NCBI GenBank assembly: GCA_041937175.2
Contig: CP166615.1
Span: 3,552,001 to 3,616,000 of the forward strand
Source: Limnothrix sp. BL-A-16
GTDB lineage: Bacteria > Cyanobacteriota > Cyanobacteriia > CACIAM-69d
Direction of reading: 5' to 3'
DNA: 64,000 nucleotides
Shown: positions 50,413-60,220 of the stretch, one piece after another
Layout: every line of letters starts with the position of its first letter
How positions within the stretch are numbered: the stretch's first letter is position 1
The notes under the pieces: model-generated
Databases searched by the model: none
Told to the model about the DNA's origin: nothing
The model's input: only the letters and a program-made list of their open reading frames with translations
Position numbers and translations under genes: made by a program

Positions 50413-52070
50413 TAAGATTGGGTGGGTTGAATCAGCGGCAATAGCTCCGATCGCCGTTGATTCCAAGCAGCCAAAGCCGTCGGATCCGAAGCCGTATTCA
50501 GCTTCAGCAAAACCACCCCATCTTCCACCATTTGCACCCCATAGTAGCCTTGGGCCAGCACGCGATCGGCTAAGGGCACAAACTCCCGCAATTCACCCCG
50601 TTCCTTACTGAAAGCCACCTGATAGCGGGCTAAATGCCAAGTATCGGCCAGCAAATAATCAGCGGAATAAACCTGTTGATTATCACGACGAATTTCCGTC
50701 CAAGGAAGGCGAATAATCGCTCGGCGGCTGGACAGGGGTGGAACTAAATAAGTTGTGGCCGCAACGCTCGCATCTTCAGGAATTTGCGCGAGCACCTTGC
50801 GCACATGACCCACATGGTTCCACTGTTCCGGCAGCGACACATAAACCCAAGGCTGCACCGAATCAGGAATTAGAAAATATAAAACCCGATGGGGATTAGA
50901 CGTGAAGGAAAACAGCAACGAGAGGGCAATGCAAGCGGCCCAAAACCGCCGAAACTTCGGTTGTTTGAATCGATCGCCATGGGACTTCCACCACAAAATC
51001 GCCCCATAAAACATCCCCGGCACGATCGTGATCGCATAGCGAATGTTAATAGACAGAGCCGATTCCCCTTGCTGCAAGAAAATCTTCAGCAATCCAAACC
51101 CAGAAATAATCCAACTGGCGGGAGACAGGGCCGGCACGAAAGCCAAGGGCAACCAATGACCTGCTAAATATTTCAAGGTTTCAAAGGGCGGATTCACTAG
51201 CTCCCAAATCAATAGCCAAGGCTGAGTCAGCATGGCTTTCAAAATGTCAATCGAGGAAGCTTCCTCTTCACCCACATATTGCCCAAAACGCTCAATCATG
51301 AATCGTTTGGAAATATCTGGCGAAAAGAAGGGCATGAATACATTAGTACAGGTCACCACATACAGAAACGACAGGGTGCAAAGCCCCAATCCTTGGGATG
51401 GAAACCGGCGACTCAAGACCATGTAAGCCCCAATGCCAAATAACCCAATTCCTTGATCTTCACGAACCAATAAACTGAGACCTGCCACCAGCCAAAACAA
51501 CCACCAAATCCGCCTTTCCATGGCCAACAAAATGGTGAAGAAAAAGAGCGGAATTTGGCACAGGTCGTGGAAGTTGGAAAAGGTGGGGCCAATGACGGCG
51601 TTGGCGGCATAGTAGCCCGTGACAATCCAAGCGGAAACGGGGCCACTGAGGTGTTGCCGGGCCAGGGCATACAGCACAAAACCAGCGGCGGTAATTAGCC
51701 CCACTTGCAAAAACACCAGGGTGACGGCCTGGGAATGGAGGGCATAAATCGGCAGCCACAGGAGCAAGGCGGGGGTAAAGTGTTGCCCCAGACGACGATA
51801 GAACACTTCGGCGGCTTGTCCATCTTGTTTGACGGCGCTGGAGAGGGAGGAGGACAGGGAACTTTCAAACCAGCGCCCGTGCAGGTTATTCCAAAAAACC
51901 TGGTTAAAGATGCCCTGGTCGTAGGAAGCGTAGAGGGTGAAGTAGCGGTGCAAACCCAGGATGAGGGTCACTGCGCCGAACAGGGCGGCCACGATGCAAA
52001 CATGGCGCAGATTGGGGCGATCGCGCAGGGTGTTGCGCCCGAGGGTGAACCATTGGTTAACGACTTGCAT
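50412..52070 (-). CDS. DUF2079-family membrane protein (GT-C-like)
   Basis: YDQGIFNQVFWN, LGQHFTP, NFHDL, REDQG, many TMs. Confidence 0.85.
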   Translation of the reverse strand: MQVVNQWFTLGRNTLRDRPNLRHVCIVAALFGAVTLILGLHRYFTLYASYDQGIFNQVFWNNLHGRWFESSLSSSLSSAVKQDGQAAEVFYRRLGQHFTPALLLWLPIYALHSQAVTLVFLQVGLITAAGFVLYALARQHLSGPVSAWIVTGYYAANAVIGPTFSNFHDLCQIPLFFFTILLAMERRIWWLFWLVAGLSLLVREDQGIGLFGIGAYMVLSRRFPSQGLGLCTLSFLYVVTCTNVFMPFFSPDISKRFMIERFGQYVGEEEASSIDILKAMLTQPWLLIWELVNPPFETLKYLAGHWLPLAFVPALSPASWIISGFGLLKIFLQQGESALSINIRYAITIVPGMFYGAILWWKSHGDRFKQPKFRRFWAACIALSLLFSFTSNPHRVLYFLIPDSVQPWVYVSLPEQWNHVGHVRKVLAQIPEDASVAATTYLVPPLSSRRAIIRLPWTEIRRDNQQVYSADYLLADTWHLARYQVAFSKERGELREFVPLADRVLAQGYYGVQMVEDGVVLLKLNTASDPTALAAWNQRRSELLPLIQPTQS

Positions 52071-52395
52071 GGTCGATCGCGCCTTGAGCCTGTTAATGGG
52101 GAACTGAAGCGAATGGGGAATCCGGGGGCTATTGTGCCACGCGGGGTTGTCCTTCGTGGGGATCGGGAAGCCAAACCGGTCTGGGGCGCGGCTGGGGGCG
52201 GGCGATCGGGCGATCTCGGGCGATCTCGGGCGATCGGTCTAGGGGATCACAAGATTCGCAGGGCCGCTTAAGGGATTGCTGGAACTCTTCAAAGAAACGT
52301 TAAATCTTGCAAACAAACTCCACCGTTCCCCAAGGTTTCGGTTCAAGATAGCCTCAAATTTGCTGTGTTTCGGGCGTTTCACCCCTTCAGAATCT

Positions 52396-52662
52396 ATGTT
52401 GAACGTTTCTTTGTCCCTGCTGGCGGCTGTACCCACGACCCTCGAATGGAGTCCGAAGGTGGGTGCGGTGATGATTGCTTGCAATGTGCTGGCGATCGCC
52501 ATCGGCAAATACTCGATCAAGTATCCCAGCGCGGCTCCGGCCCTGCCCTCGCCCGCTTTGTTCGGTGGGATGGGCTTCCCGGCCCTGCTGGCCACCACGA
52601 GCTTTGGCCACATTCTCGGGTTAGGGACAATCTTGGGCTTGTCCTATCTGGGCGCAATGTAA
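52396..52662 (+). CDS. psaK: Photosystem I subunit PsaK
   Basis: PTTLEWSPKVGAVMIACNVLAI, LATTSFGHILG. Confidence 0.95.
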   Translation: MLNVSLSLLAAVPTTLEWSPKVGAVMIACNVLAIAIGKYSIKYPSAAPALPSPALFGGMGFPALLATTSFGHILGLGTILGLSYLGAM

Positions 52663-52938
52663 GGGGCGATCGCCCGATTTTGAAACTACCTGGTCATTCA
52701 GGGTGCATTGAACTCACCCAGTTTTTGACAGAGCGCGCGCCCAAAGGAGACCTGCAATTTCGCAAGACTCGGGCCGCAATGTGCTAAAAATTGGTGTGCC
52801 AAAACTAGTTTCCACTCCTCGCACCGCCATCGTCTAGCAATCGTTTATGTGCCGATCGGGTAGGGTTGCGTTTTGAACTTCAAAGCGACTCCTCTAATCC
52901 AGAGCTTCTTCAGAACTGATTGATAACGAATGGTTGAA

Positions 52939-52985
52939 GCGCCAAACTTCGGGACAGCATCCCCTGGGTTTGGCGCATTTTTTTT
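52939..52985 (+). terminator. Rho-independent terminator
   Basis: GCGCCAAAC...GTTTGGCGC stem followed by A and an 8-T run. Confidence 0.75.
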
Positions 52986-53052
52986 GGCTGGCCAGGGCGA
53001 TCTGATCCCGCATCCACTGCGAGATCCCCAGGGATCACAGGATCCTTGGGGG

Positions 53053-53128
53053 CAAGGGGTTTAAACCCCTTGTCTGGTGTTCTGGTGTTCTGGTGTTCTG
53101 GTGCTCTGGTGCTCTGGTGCTGGGGTGC
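53053..53128. repeat. Variant palindrome CAAGGGGTTTAAACCCCTTG plus 8-bp tandem repeat (TCTGGTGY x6, one degenerate)
   Basis: Read directly; repeat starts at 53073 right after the palindrome. Confidence 0.85.
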
Positions 53129-53149
53129 TCGGAGCAGCAGGGCAAATGC

Positions 53150-54961
53150 TTAGTGGGTGAGGCGATCGATCACGGCCGGTAGCCATTGGCCGGGAATGCT
53201 GGAGAGGGCGCGGCTTTGTCCCTCAAGGCCCAGGTGTTGATAGATGGCGCGAATGGTGGCGATCGCCCCGCTGAGGGCCCGATCGCGCAGGGGGGGCTGA
53301 TCCCCATGGGCGGTCAGAATCTGCACATAGGTCGCAAGGGCCCGATCAAGCTGGACTGCCCGATCACTCCCCGTCAAGGGCAAGTAAGAATCGATGCCCA
53401 ACTGTAGGTAAATCCAGGCCAACTGGCTGGCGGCGGCGGCGCGATCGAACCCAAGAGGAATAGCGGGATCAATAGCCAAAGCTTGGGCATAGGCTTGGGC
53501 CGCCCGTTGCCAGCAGTCTCGCCGCCGCTGAGGATCCAGCGGTTGCAGTTGTCGCCCCAGTTGCCAATAGGTTGTGCCCAGGTTGTTTTGGGTGGCCGCA
53601 TAGGCGGCGGGGCGATCGGCCGGGTTGCGATAGGGCAAGGCCGCTTCAAAGGCGCTGGCGGCCAGCAGCAACCACTGTTCTTGGACATCCACTTGGGCCA
53701 AGTTTAGGTAAGCGGTTCCCAAATTCGCCTGCACCGTGCCGTAGAGCAGGTCGGGTTGCAGGCGATCGTCACCGGGATGCGATCGCCCGGCGGCCGGTTC
53801 AGTCCCCAAAGATTCTGCATATTCTGCCAAAGCCGCTCGGTAACTGTCGATCGCCCCCTGCAACCGGGTCACCGAGTCGCCATAGCGGGCCCAACTCCAA
53901 AGGGCCGTACCCAAATTATTTCGCGCCGCCACTCGCCAAGCCCGATCGCCGCCGGAACAATCCCCGATCGCCGCTCGGTAGGCCAACACTGCCCGCTCCC
54001 AAGCCTCGGCCGGATCGCCCCAGCGCACCCAATCGCCATAAACTCCGCCCAGGTCGTAGTACAGCGATCGCAGGGCGGCCGGCTCCCCGTGGGTTTGCAC
54101 CCAGTCGATCGCCCGTTGATAGCATTGGGCCGCCGTTTCCAAGCTGGCTCGGGCCACTTCCGCCGTCACCCCCTTGGCCGCAGCTTTGGCGCGGGCCGCC
54201 GTGGCTTCCATCACCCACCGCTCCCAAACCGTCGGCGCGGGCGGACAGGGCGGCACAATCGGCTTGGCTCCTTCGTTGGGCCGGGGCAACACCGTCAGGG
54301 TCGGCCGTCCCCGATCGCGCCCACCAATCCAAGATCCAGCCCGATCGACTCCCGACAAGGGATTCAGCAACACCGCTGGCTGGCCTTCAAACTCAAACGT
54401 GCCCGTACAACAGGCCCAAAACTGCGGAGCCGATTCCCGAATCGTGTAGAGCCAAGGGCGGGGAACCCACAATAACAGACTCAAATTTCCGTTGGCCCAA
54501 TTGCTGGCCAGCGCTTCCAATTCCGCTAAAAATTGCCGTTGCAGTCGGGCCGCTTGCCGGGTCAGTTGTTCCACCCCCAACAGTTGCACCGTGGTTTCGG
54601 AAAGGGACTCGATCGCCCCGGAGAGGGTGGGTTGATGGGGTTCCAGGCGCAAGGTGGTGAGCTGCGGCGCGGGCAACTCCTGGGCCAACCGTCCCGCCAG
54701 TCGATCGCGCAGGGGCAAATCATCACAAACCACCAAAAACACCTGCCGCCGCAACCCCAACCCCAGGGACAGCCGCAACCGTTGATATAGCTCTTGGTTC
54801 CAACTGCCGGCTGCAGCGGAACGGGCGATCGAGCGGCTGGCCCGAGGGCGATCGGTCAAACTCTGGCTCGATCGACGGGCAGACCGAGCAACCCCCGGCA
54901 CCTCCAGCAAGGACGAACCGGAATCGGCAAAACTTGACAGGATAGGCAGCAAAGTGGGCAT
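53150..54961 (-). CDS. TPR-repeat protein
   Basis: NNLGTALW, ANLGTAY, YAATQNNLGTTYW; start uncertain. Confidence 0.85.
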   Translation of the reverse strand: MPTLLPILSSFADSGSSLLEVPGVARSARRSSQSLTDRPRASRSIARSAAAGSWNQELYQRLRLSLGLGLRRQVFLVVCDDLPLRDRLAGRLAQELPAPQLTTLRLEPHQPTLSGAIESLSETTVQLLGVEQLTRQAARLQRQFLAELEALASNWANGNLSLLLWVPRPWLYTIRESAPQFWACCTGTFEFEGQPAVLLNPLSGVDRAGSWIGGRDRGRPTLTVLPRPNEGAKPIVPPCPPAPTVWERWVMEATAARAKAAAKGVTAEVARASLETAAQCYQRAIDWVQTHGEPAALRSLYYDLGGVYGDWVRWGDPAEAWERAVLAYRAAIGDCSGGDRAWRVAARNNLGTALWSWARYGDSVTRLQGAIDSYRAALAEYAESLGTEPAAGRSHPGDDRLQPDLLYGTVQANLGTAYLNLAQVDVQEQWLLLAASAFEAALPYRNPADRPAAYAATQNNLGTTYWQLGRQLQPLDPQRRRDCWQRAAQAYAQALAIDPAIPLGFDRAAAASQLAWIYLQLGIDSYLPLTGSDRAVQLDRALATYVQILTAHGDQPPLRDRALSGAIATIRAIYQHLGLEGQSRALSSIPGQWLPAVIDRLTH

Positions 54962-55389
54962 GGCCAGCGTCCAGAAGCACGAGCGTAATCTCCTCTTCAA
55001 GACGGGTCACGCCGCTTCGGGATTTCCCAGGGCGATCGCCCGCCAATCGCCATTCAATTGTCATTCAATAGAAAATATTGGCGAAAATTGGCGAGAATTG
55101 GCGAAAAGATATTGGCGCGTCGGCCACAGCCCCTGAACGTTTCGCGATACTTTGATCGCAGGACTCGATCGCGCCGCTTTTCTGTTTCCCTGCCTCAAGC
55201 CGTCCCTGTAACAATACTTACCTCCAACTGGGCCGCCTAGATCCTGCCTTTTCTGTCACGATTTCAACAGAGTGCCCCGAGGAAACCGCCAGTCAGCCGC
55301 AGCAAAGTAATCACTGCTTGATCACTGTTTGATCATTGTCTAGCCCCTGTTCAATTCCTGTTCAATCGCTGTTGATTGGCCCCCTTGGC

Positions 55390-57966
55390 ATGAAACTTTC
55401 GCCCAGCAACCGTTTACTATTTGCCATTGCCCTTCGCAATTGGCTTTGGATTCTTGGGACTGTGATTCTAAGTTTCTGGAGCGGCATCTTTAACGGTGTC
55501 AGCATTGCCCTTTTGGTTCCGGGCATCCTGGCTTTTTTGGGTCGCAAAATTGACCTCGGAGCCGATGCCCCAGAACTGGTGCGCAACCTTCTTTCCACCT
55601 TTGATGCATTGCCCGAAGAGCAGCGGGGTGCTGCCATGGTGGCCACCATCGTGGGAGCCATTCTGATTAAAAACGTCCTGGCTTTTTTGAGCACTGCCGT
55701 TGGGGGGCACTTGTCCCGGGCCCTGGTCAATGACGGCACATTTCAAGGAATTCGGATGCTCCTCGGGGTGGGTTTGGATTTTTATAGCCGCACCAAAGCT
55801 GGCGATTTAATTCAACGCCTTGGCTCGGAAATGAGCGGAGCCGTGGGCACAATCAACACCGTGGTGCAAATTGTGGCCACGATGGTCACCTTGCTCACCT
55901 TCATTGGTTTATTGGTGGCCATTTCCTGGCAGCTCACGATTATTTCTAGTATTTTTGCCCTGTTGGTGGTGCTGAGTAACCAACGATTTGCCAAAAAACT
56001 CAAGGAATATGGCAAACGGGGGGTGCAGCTCAGTCGGCTTTACACCAGTCAACTTCTGGAGGCGATCGGGGGGATTCGGTTAATCAAGGCCACCAGCAGC
56101 GAGGATTTGGAATATAACCGCTTAACGGGCACGTTGCTGAAGCGGCAACGGGTGGATTTACATTCCCAAACCTTCAGCTCTTTTGTGGCTTCGGTGAATG
56201 AATTTTTAGTAGTGGCTTCGTTGCTCTCGATCGTCTGGATTGGACGATTTGTGTTTCCCGGATCCCTCGAAGCCTATGCGGCCATTCTATTAACTTACCT
56301 ATTCTTAATTTCGCGAGTTTTTGCCTTTGTCACCACCCTCGGGAAGGCGCTCAATAACTTAGCCCTTTGCTCGGCGGCCGTGGATGCCATGGTGCGTTTT
56401 TTAAGCCGCCAAGGCAAACATTTTGTGCCCGATGGGGCAGTGCCCTTTCCCGGTCTGCGGCAAGAAATTCGATTTGAAAATGTGTCCTTTGCTTACCCCA
56501 GCCGCGACAAAAGCCGGGTGCTCGATCGGGTTAATTTGCGCATTCCTCGGGGGACAACCCTGGCCCTGGTTGGTTCCTCAGGGGCCGGCAAGTCCACCCT
56601 GGCGGATTTGATGATTCGGTTTTATGACCCCACGGGCGGCCGGATCACGATCGATGGTCAGGATTTGCGCACGTTTTCCCTCCGCAGTTTGCACCAGTCC
56701 ATGGGCATCGTTAGCCAAGACACCTTTTTGTTTAACGACACGGTGCGGGCCAATATTGCCTATGGCTGCGAGGAGTTAACAGACAAGGCGGTGATGGAGG
56801 CGGCCAGGCGGGCCAATGCCTATGACTTCATCATGGATTTGCCGGAGCAGTTTGAAACCATGCTGGGCGATCGGGGGGTGCGCCTGTCTGGGGGCCAACA
56901 GCAGCGAATTGCGATCGCCCGGGCCCTGTTGCGCAACCCCGACATTTTGATTTTGGATGAGGCCACCAGCGCCCTGGATACGGTCTCGGAGCGCCAGGTG
57001 CAACAGGCCATTAACGAATTAAGCCGCGATCGCACCACGATCGTGATTGCTCACCGCCTGTCCACGGTGCAAAATGCCGACCAAATCGCCGTGCTCGATA
57101 AGGGGCAGGTGGTGGAGGTAGGAACCCATGCGGAGTTGTTGAGCAAGCGGGGTTACTATGCTCGCCTTTACGCGGTGCAGTTTTCCGAAAGCGCCACGAA
57201 AACCCCCGTCCGCTGCGAAAACGCCATGGAAAAACTGGTGATGGAGGAAACCATTTCCCAGTTGGGGGCACTGGAAGCGGAGGGGATCAAGATTGCCTTC
57301 GATCCGGGCAGTGTGATGGCTTGGGCCCTGAACCGATTGCCATCGCTCTATGCGGCCACCCAAGAGGGGGCTGCATTCCAGCGCTATGTGGCGGAAGATG
57401 TGTGGCGATCGACAGTCAGCGATCGGGTGGCGGAGGCGATCGAGCAAGTCCAGCAATCCCATTGGGAGGATGAGCGACATCCCCTGATTGAACAAATTCG
57501 GATGCGATCGGCGGTATTGGTGGAGCGGTTGTCCTATGAGGGACGGTTGCGGTTGAATGCGGTGATTGGCACGTTGGCGCTGTTGGCGGATGGGTTGGTG
57601 GAGTCGCCCCAGGAGGAATACGAGTCCCTGAAGGAGGCCTATCGAGCCACCATGCAGTTGCTGGCCACGCTGGAGTTGTTGGAGGATGCCACCGGGGGGC
57701 TGGAGTTCAAACCCCGATCGGGCAAAAAGGGCGATCGCGATGAGGCGCAAACCTCCATTTCCCGCGCGGTTTATCCACAGGTGAAACAGTTGGCGGAAAT
57801 GCTGGAGATTTTGGCCAGTGAGCTGATTGATGAATTACTGCCCGATCAGTCCATTTCCCAACAGGTCAGCCGCCAAACCGACTATCGCGCGGCCTACGAT
57901 GTGTCGATTTCGCTGCTCGATCGACTAGCGGCCATTGAAACCCGCGCCACGTCCTTAAGTGCTTAG
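55390..57966 (+). CDS. ABC exporter (HepA/MsbA-like TMD-NBD) with C-terminal ComFB-like and degenerate HisKA-like helical domains
   Basis: [25 protein letters not shown]; then NAMEKLV...ALNRLPSLY; then LSYEGRLRLNAVIG. Confidence 0.88.
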   Translation: MKLSPSNRLLFAIALRNWLWILGTVILSFWSGIFNGVSIALLVPGILAFLGRKIDLGADAPELVRNLLSTFDALPEEQRGAAMVATIVGAILIKNVLAFLSTAVGGHLSRALVNDGTFQGIRMLLGVGLDFYSRTKAGDLIQRLGSEMSGAVGTINTVVQIVATMVTLLTFIGLLVAISWQLTIISSIFALLVVLSNQRFAKKLKEYGKRGVQLSRLYTSQLLEAIGGIRLIKATSSEDLEYNRLTGTLLKRQRVDLHSQTFSSFVASVNEFLVVASLLSIVWIGRFVFPGSLEAYAAILLTYLFLISRVFAFVTTLGKALNNLALCSAAVDAMVRFLSRQGKHFVPDGAVPFPGLRQEIRFENVSFAYPSRDKSRVLDRVNLRIPRGTTLALVGSSGAGKSTLADLMIRFYDPTGGRITIDGQDLRTFSLRSLHQSMGIVSQDTFLFNDTVRANIAYGCEELTDKAVMEAARRANAYDFIMDLPEQFETMLGDRGVRLSGGQQQRIAIARALLRNPDILILDEATSALDTVSERQVQQAINELSRDRTTIVIAHRLSTVQNADQIAVLDKGQVVEVGTHAELLSKRGYYARLYAVQFSESATKTPVRCENAMEKLVMEETISQLGALEAEGIKIAFDPGSVMAWALNRLPSLYAATQEGAAFQRYVAEDVWRSTVSDRVAEAIEQVQQSHWEDERHPLIEQIRMRSAVLVERLSYEGRLRLNAVIGTLALLADGLVESPQEEYESLKEAYRATMQLLATLELLEDATGGLEFKPRSGKKGDRDEAQTSISRAVYPQVKQLAEMLEILASELIDELLPDQSISQQVSRQTDYRAAYDVSISLLDRLAAIETRATSLSA

Positions 57967-58107
57967 GGCTTGTCGTCATTTCCTAGGACCAGACGGAAAC
58001 AATTGATTTTCCATGTCCCAGTCGTTGTAACAAGGGGCTTGAGCATCTTGTCCCCCACGATCTACTAACGGCGGAATCAGGGTTTCAGGCGATTTGACGA
58101 CACACCC
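57966..58107. mobile_element. MITE family A (142 bp), TA-flanked
   Basis: TIRs GGGCTTGTCGTCA / TGACGACACACCC, TA on both sides, degenerate central palindrome. Confidence 0.8.
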
Positions 58108-58143
58108 TAGGAGAAGAAGGTTGTTGGGTCTTGCGGATTTGAG

Positions 58144-59109
58144 TTAGCTGAATCTGGACAAACCCGATCGCGACCACAGGCGATCGAACCGCGTTGGCCC
58201 CAAGAGGATCGTGAGGCCAATCTTGCCGCCGAGGATTGCCAAAAAGCGCCATTCTCGCCACAGGTGCGGCCCAAACCACAGGGCCAACAACAGCAACCGA
58301 GCCGATCGCCACCCACGCCCCCGATCGCGCGGCCCCGCCGTCAGGGCTTTGCAGGCTAACCCTTTGTAAAACCGCGATCGCGCCGATCGCCCCACAGCCT
58401 GAGACCTTGGCCCCGCCTTGGCCAAATGGCACTCTAACACCGCATTACAAGCCCGCTCCAGCCGCCGCAAATTGGCCGAGGACGATCGATCCGAAACCCG
58501 GTAGCGCACTTGGGCCTCGGGAATCAGCACAAATTCACCCAACCCAGCCAGGCGCAACCACAAATCCCAGTCTTCCGCCGGAATGAGTTCCGTTTGGAAG
58601 CCCCCCACCTGCTCCAGGGCCGATCGACGAATCAGGGGATTGGAGCCATTTTCAATGAAATTATTCAGCAACAGGGCGGTGAACACCTGGCCCTGATGGC
58701 GATCGCGAAAGCCCGGGTGACGCAGTTGATTGTCATCATCCACATAGTCCGTCCAACTGTAGGCCAACACAGCGGCCGGGTTGTCCGCCAAGGCAGCCAC
58801 CCGATCGGCCAAGGCCGTTGGAGTCCACCAATCATCCGCATCCAAAAAGGCAATCAGGGATCCCCGAGCCGCCGCCAAGCCGCAATTTCGGGCGATCGCC
58901 TGACCCCCGTTGGTCTGTCGCAACACCCGAATTCGCGGATCAGCCGTTTGCAGGGCAATCTCCCCCGTCTGATCCGTGGAGCCATCATCCACCACGATCG
59001 CTTCCCAGTCCGCCCAAGTCTGCGATCGCAAGGCGGCGAGGGTTTCGGGCAAAGTGGCCGCCGCGTTATAGGCCGGAATGATGACTGAAACCTTAGGGCC
59101 TGTCGTCAT
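58144..59109 (-). CDS. GT2-family glycosyltransferase
   Basis: VSVIIPAYN, VDDGSTD, ARN, FLDADD, EDWDLWLR. Confidence 0.95.
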   Translation of the reverse strand: MTTGPKVSVIIPAYNAAATLPETLAALRSQTWADWEAIVVDDGSTDQTGEIALQTADPRIRVLRQTNGGQAIARNCGLAAARGSLIAFLDADDWWTPTALADRVAALADNPAAVLAYSWTDYVDDDNQLRHPGFRDRHQGQVFTALLLNNFIENGSNPLIRRSALEQVGGFQTELIPAEDWDLWLRLAGLGEFVLIPEAQVRYRVSDRSSSANLRRLERACNAVLECHLAKAGPRSQAVGRSARSRFYKGLACKALTAGPRDRGRGWRSARLLLLALWFGPHLWREWRFLAILGGKIGLTILLGPTRFDRLWSRSGLSRFS

Positions 59110-59239
59110 TTCCTGGGATCCAGTAAAAATAGTTGATCTTCCATACCCTAACCACCCCAGACAAGGGGCTTAAGCCCCTTGCCCCCCCATGATCTCGTCC
59201 CGATGGAATCCAGGTTTCAGCTAATTTGACGACACCCCC
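59096..59239. mobile_element. MITE family A (144 bp), TA-flanked
   Basis: TIRs GGGCCTGTCGTCA / TGACGACACCCCC, TA at 59094 and 59240, intact palindrome at 59161. Confidence 0.8.
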
Positions 59240-59293
59240 TAGGGATGATCTACTCATACCAGGAATCAATTCAGAAATTAACGTTATGGGCGA

Positions 59294-59751
59294 TTATGGG
59301 CGATCGCTCCATTCCGCAAAATCTACAGTCATAGCCTGTTCAAAGTTTAAGACTGGGGCGGTTGGGAACTGGTCGATCGGCAGATCGGTTTCAGCTTCTG
59401 CCTGCGAGCCTTCGCATAGGCTTTATCGACGAACTCCGAGAGTCGAGCTTGCAGGCTGGGATTATCGGTTAGCAGGTCTTCAATCTCGATCCGTGCATTT
59501 TTGATCGAAATTGACCATGAGCGCGATCGCCTGTGAGCTTGATAGTGCCACTTCAGGAGATGCAGATAGAGGCGTGCAAGCTGATTAACGAGTGCGTCTC
59601 GTTTCGATGCCCCCAAGCTCTCGATCTCCTCAATCAGATTTTCTAGATCAATATCTGCCAAACGACCGGATTTCAGCAACTCAACTTGCTGCTGAATCCA
59701 GCCGTGGTAATCCGTTTCGTAGGTGTTGGCGGCAATGGTTTTGGCTGTCAT
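59294..59751 (-). pseudogene. DUF29-family protein, frameshifted near C-terminus
   Basis: YETDYHGW, NLIEEIESLG, HLLKWHYQ, NPSL; expected tail AEAETDLPIDQFP continues in another frame from about 59402. Confidence 0.8.
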
Positions 59752-59778
59752 GGGCGATCGCTCCTAAACCCGCTTTCA

Positions 59779-59956
59779 GAGGATGTTTGAGCAGGAACTG
59801 GGGCTACTAGCAAGATACGAGTAGTCGTAGGGGCAAGGGGCTTAAGCCCCTTGTCTTCGTCGATCGAGGCAACCCGCAAGGTAACAACTTTGGCTTTAGG
59901 GCAGACCACGATCGCGCGGTTGGGGCCGTCACCATCAACGTTGTTTTGACATCCTC
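59779..59956. mobile_element. MITE family B
   Basis: GAGGATGTTTGA...TTTGACATCCTC ends; palindrome at 59834-59853; arms alignable with 50138-50412. Confidence 0.65.
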
Positions 59957-59987
59957 TCCAGTTTAAGCGGTGTCAGAGTTGCCAACC

Positions 59988-60173
59988 CTAATTGCCGCAA
60001 TTCGTACAGGTACAGTTCGCGCCGCAGGTACAGGAACCGGAACCACCACAACCACAGCCTGAAGCATAGGCAGCGGTCGGCGCGATCACGGTCAAAGCAG
60101 CAGCCACAGCACCCAAAATCTTGATCGTGCGGCGACCTTTGGACGATTGCGATGTCGAAGTCTGTTGAGTCAT
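59988..60173 (-). CDS. Exported metallothionein-like peptide (signal peptide plus 7-Cys tail)
   Basis: MTQQ...KGRRTIKILGAVAAALTVIAPTAAYA / SGCGCGGSGSCTCGANCTCTNCGN; AGGAG RBS about 9 nt upstream. Confidence 0.78.
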   Translation of the reverse strand: MTQQTSTSQSSKGRRTIKILGAVAAALTVIAPTAAYASGCGCGGSGSCTCGANCTCTNCGN

Positions 60174-60220
60174 GGGTTTGTTCTCCTGCTTGCACAAGGG
60201 CAAGTTTGACTAATAATTCA

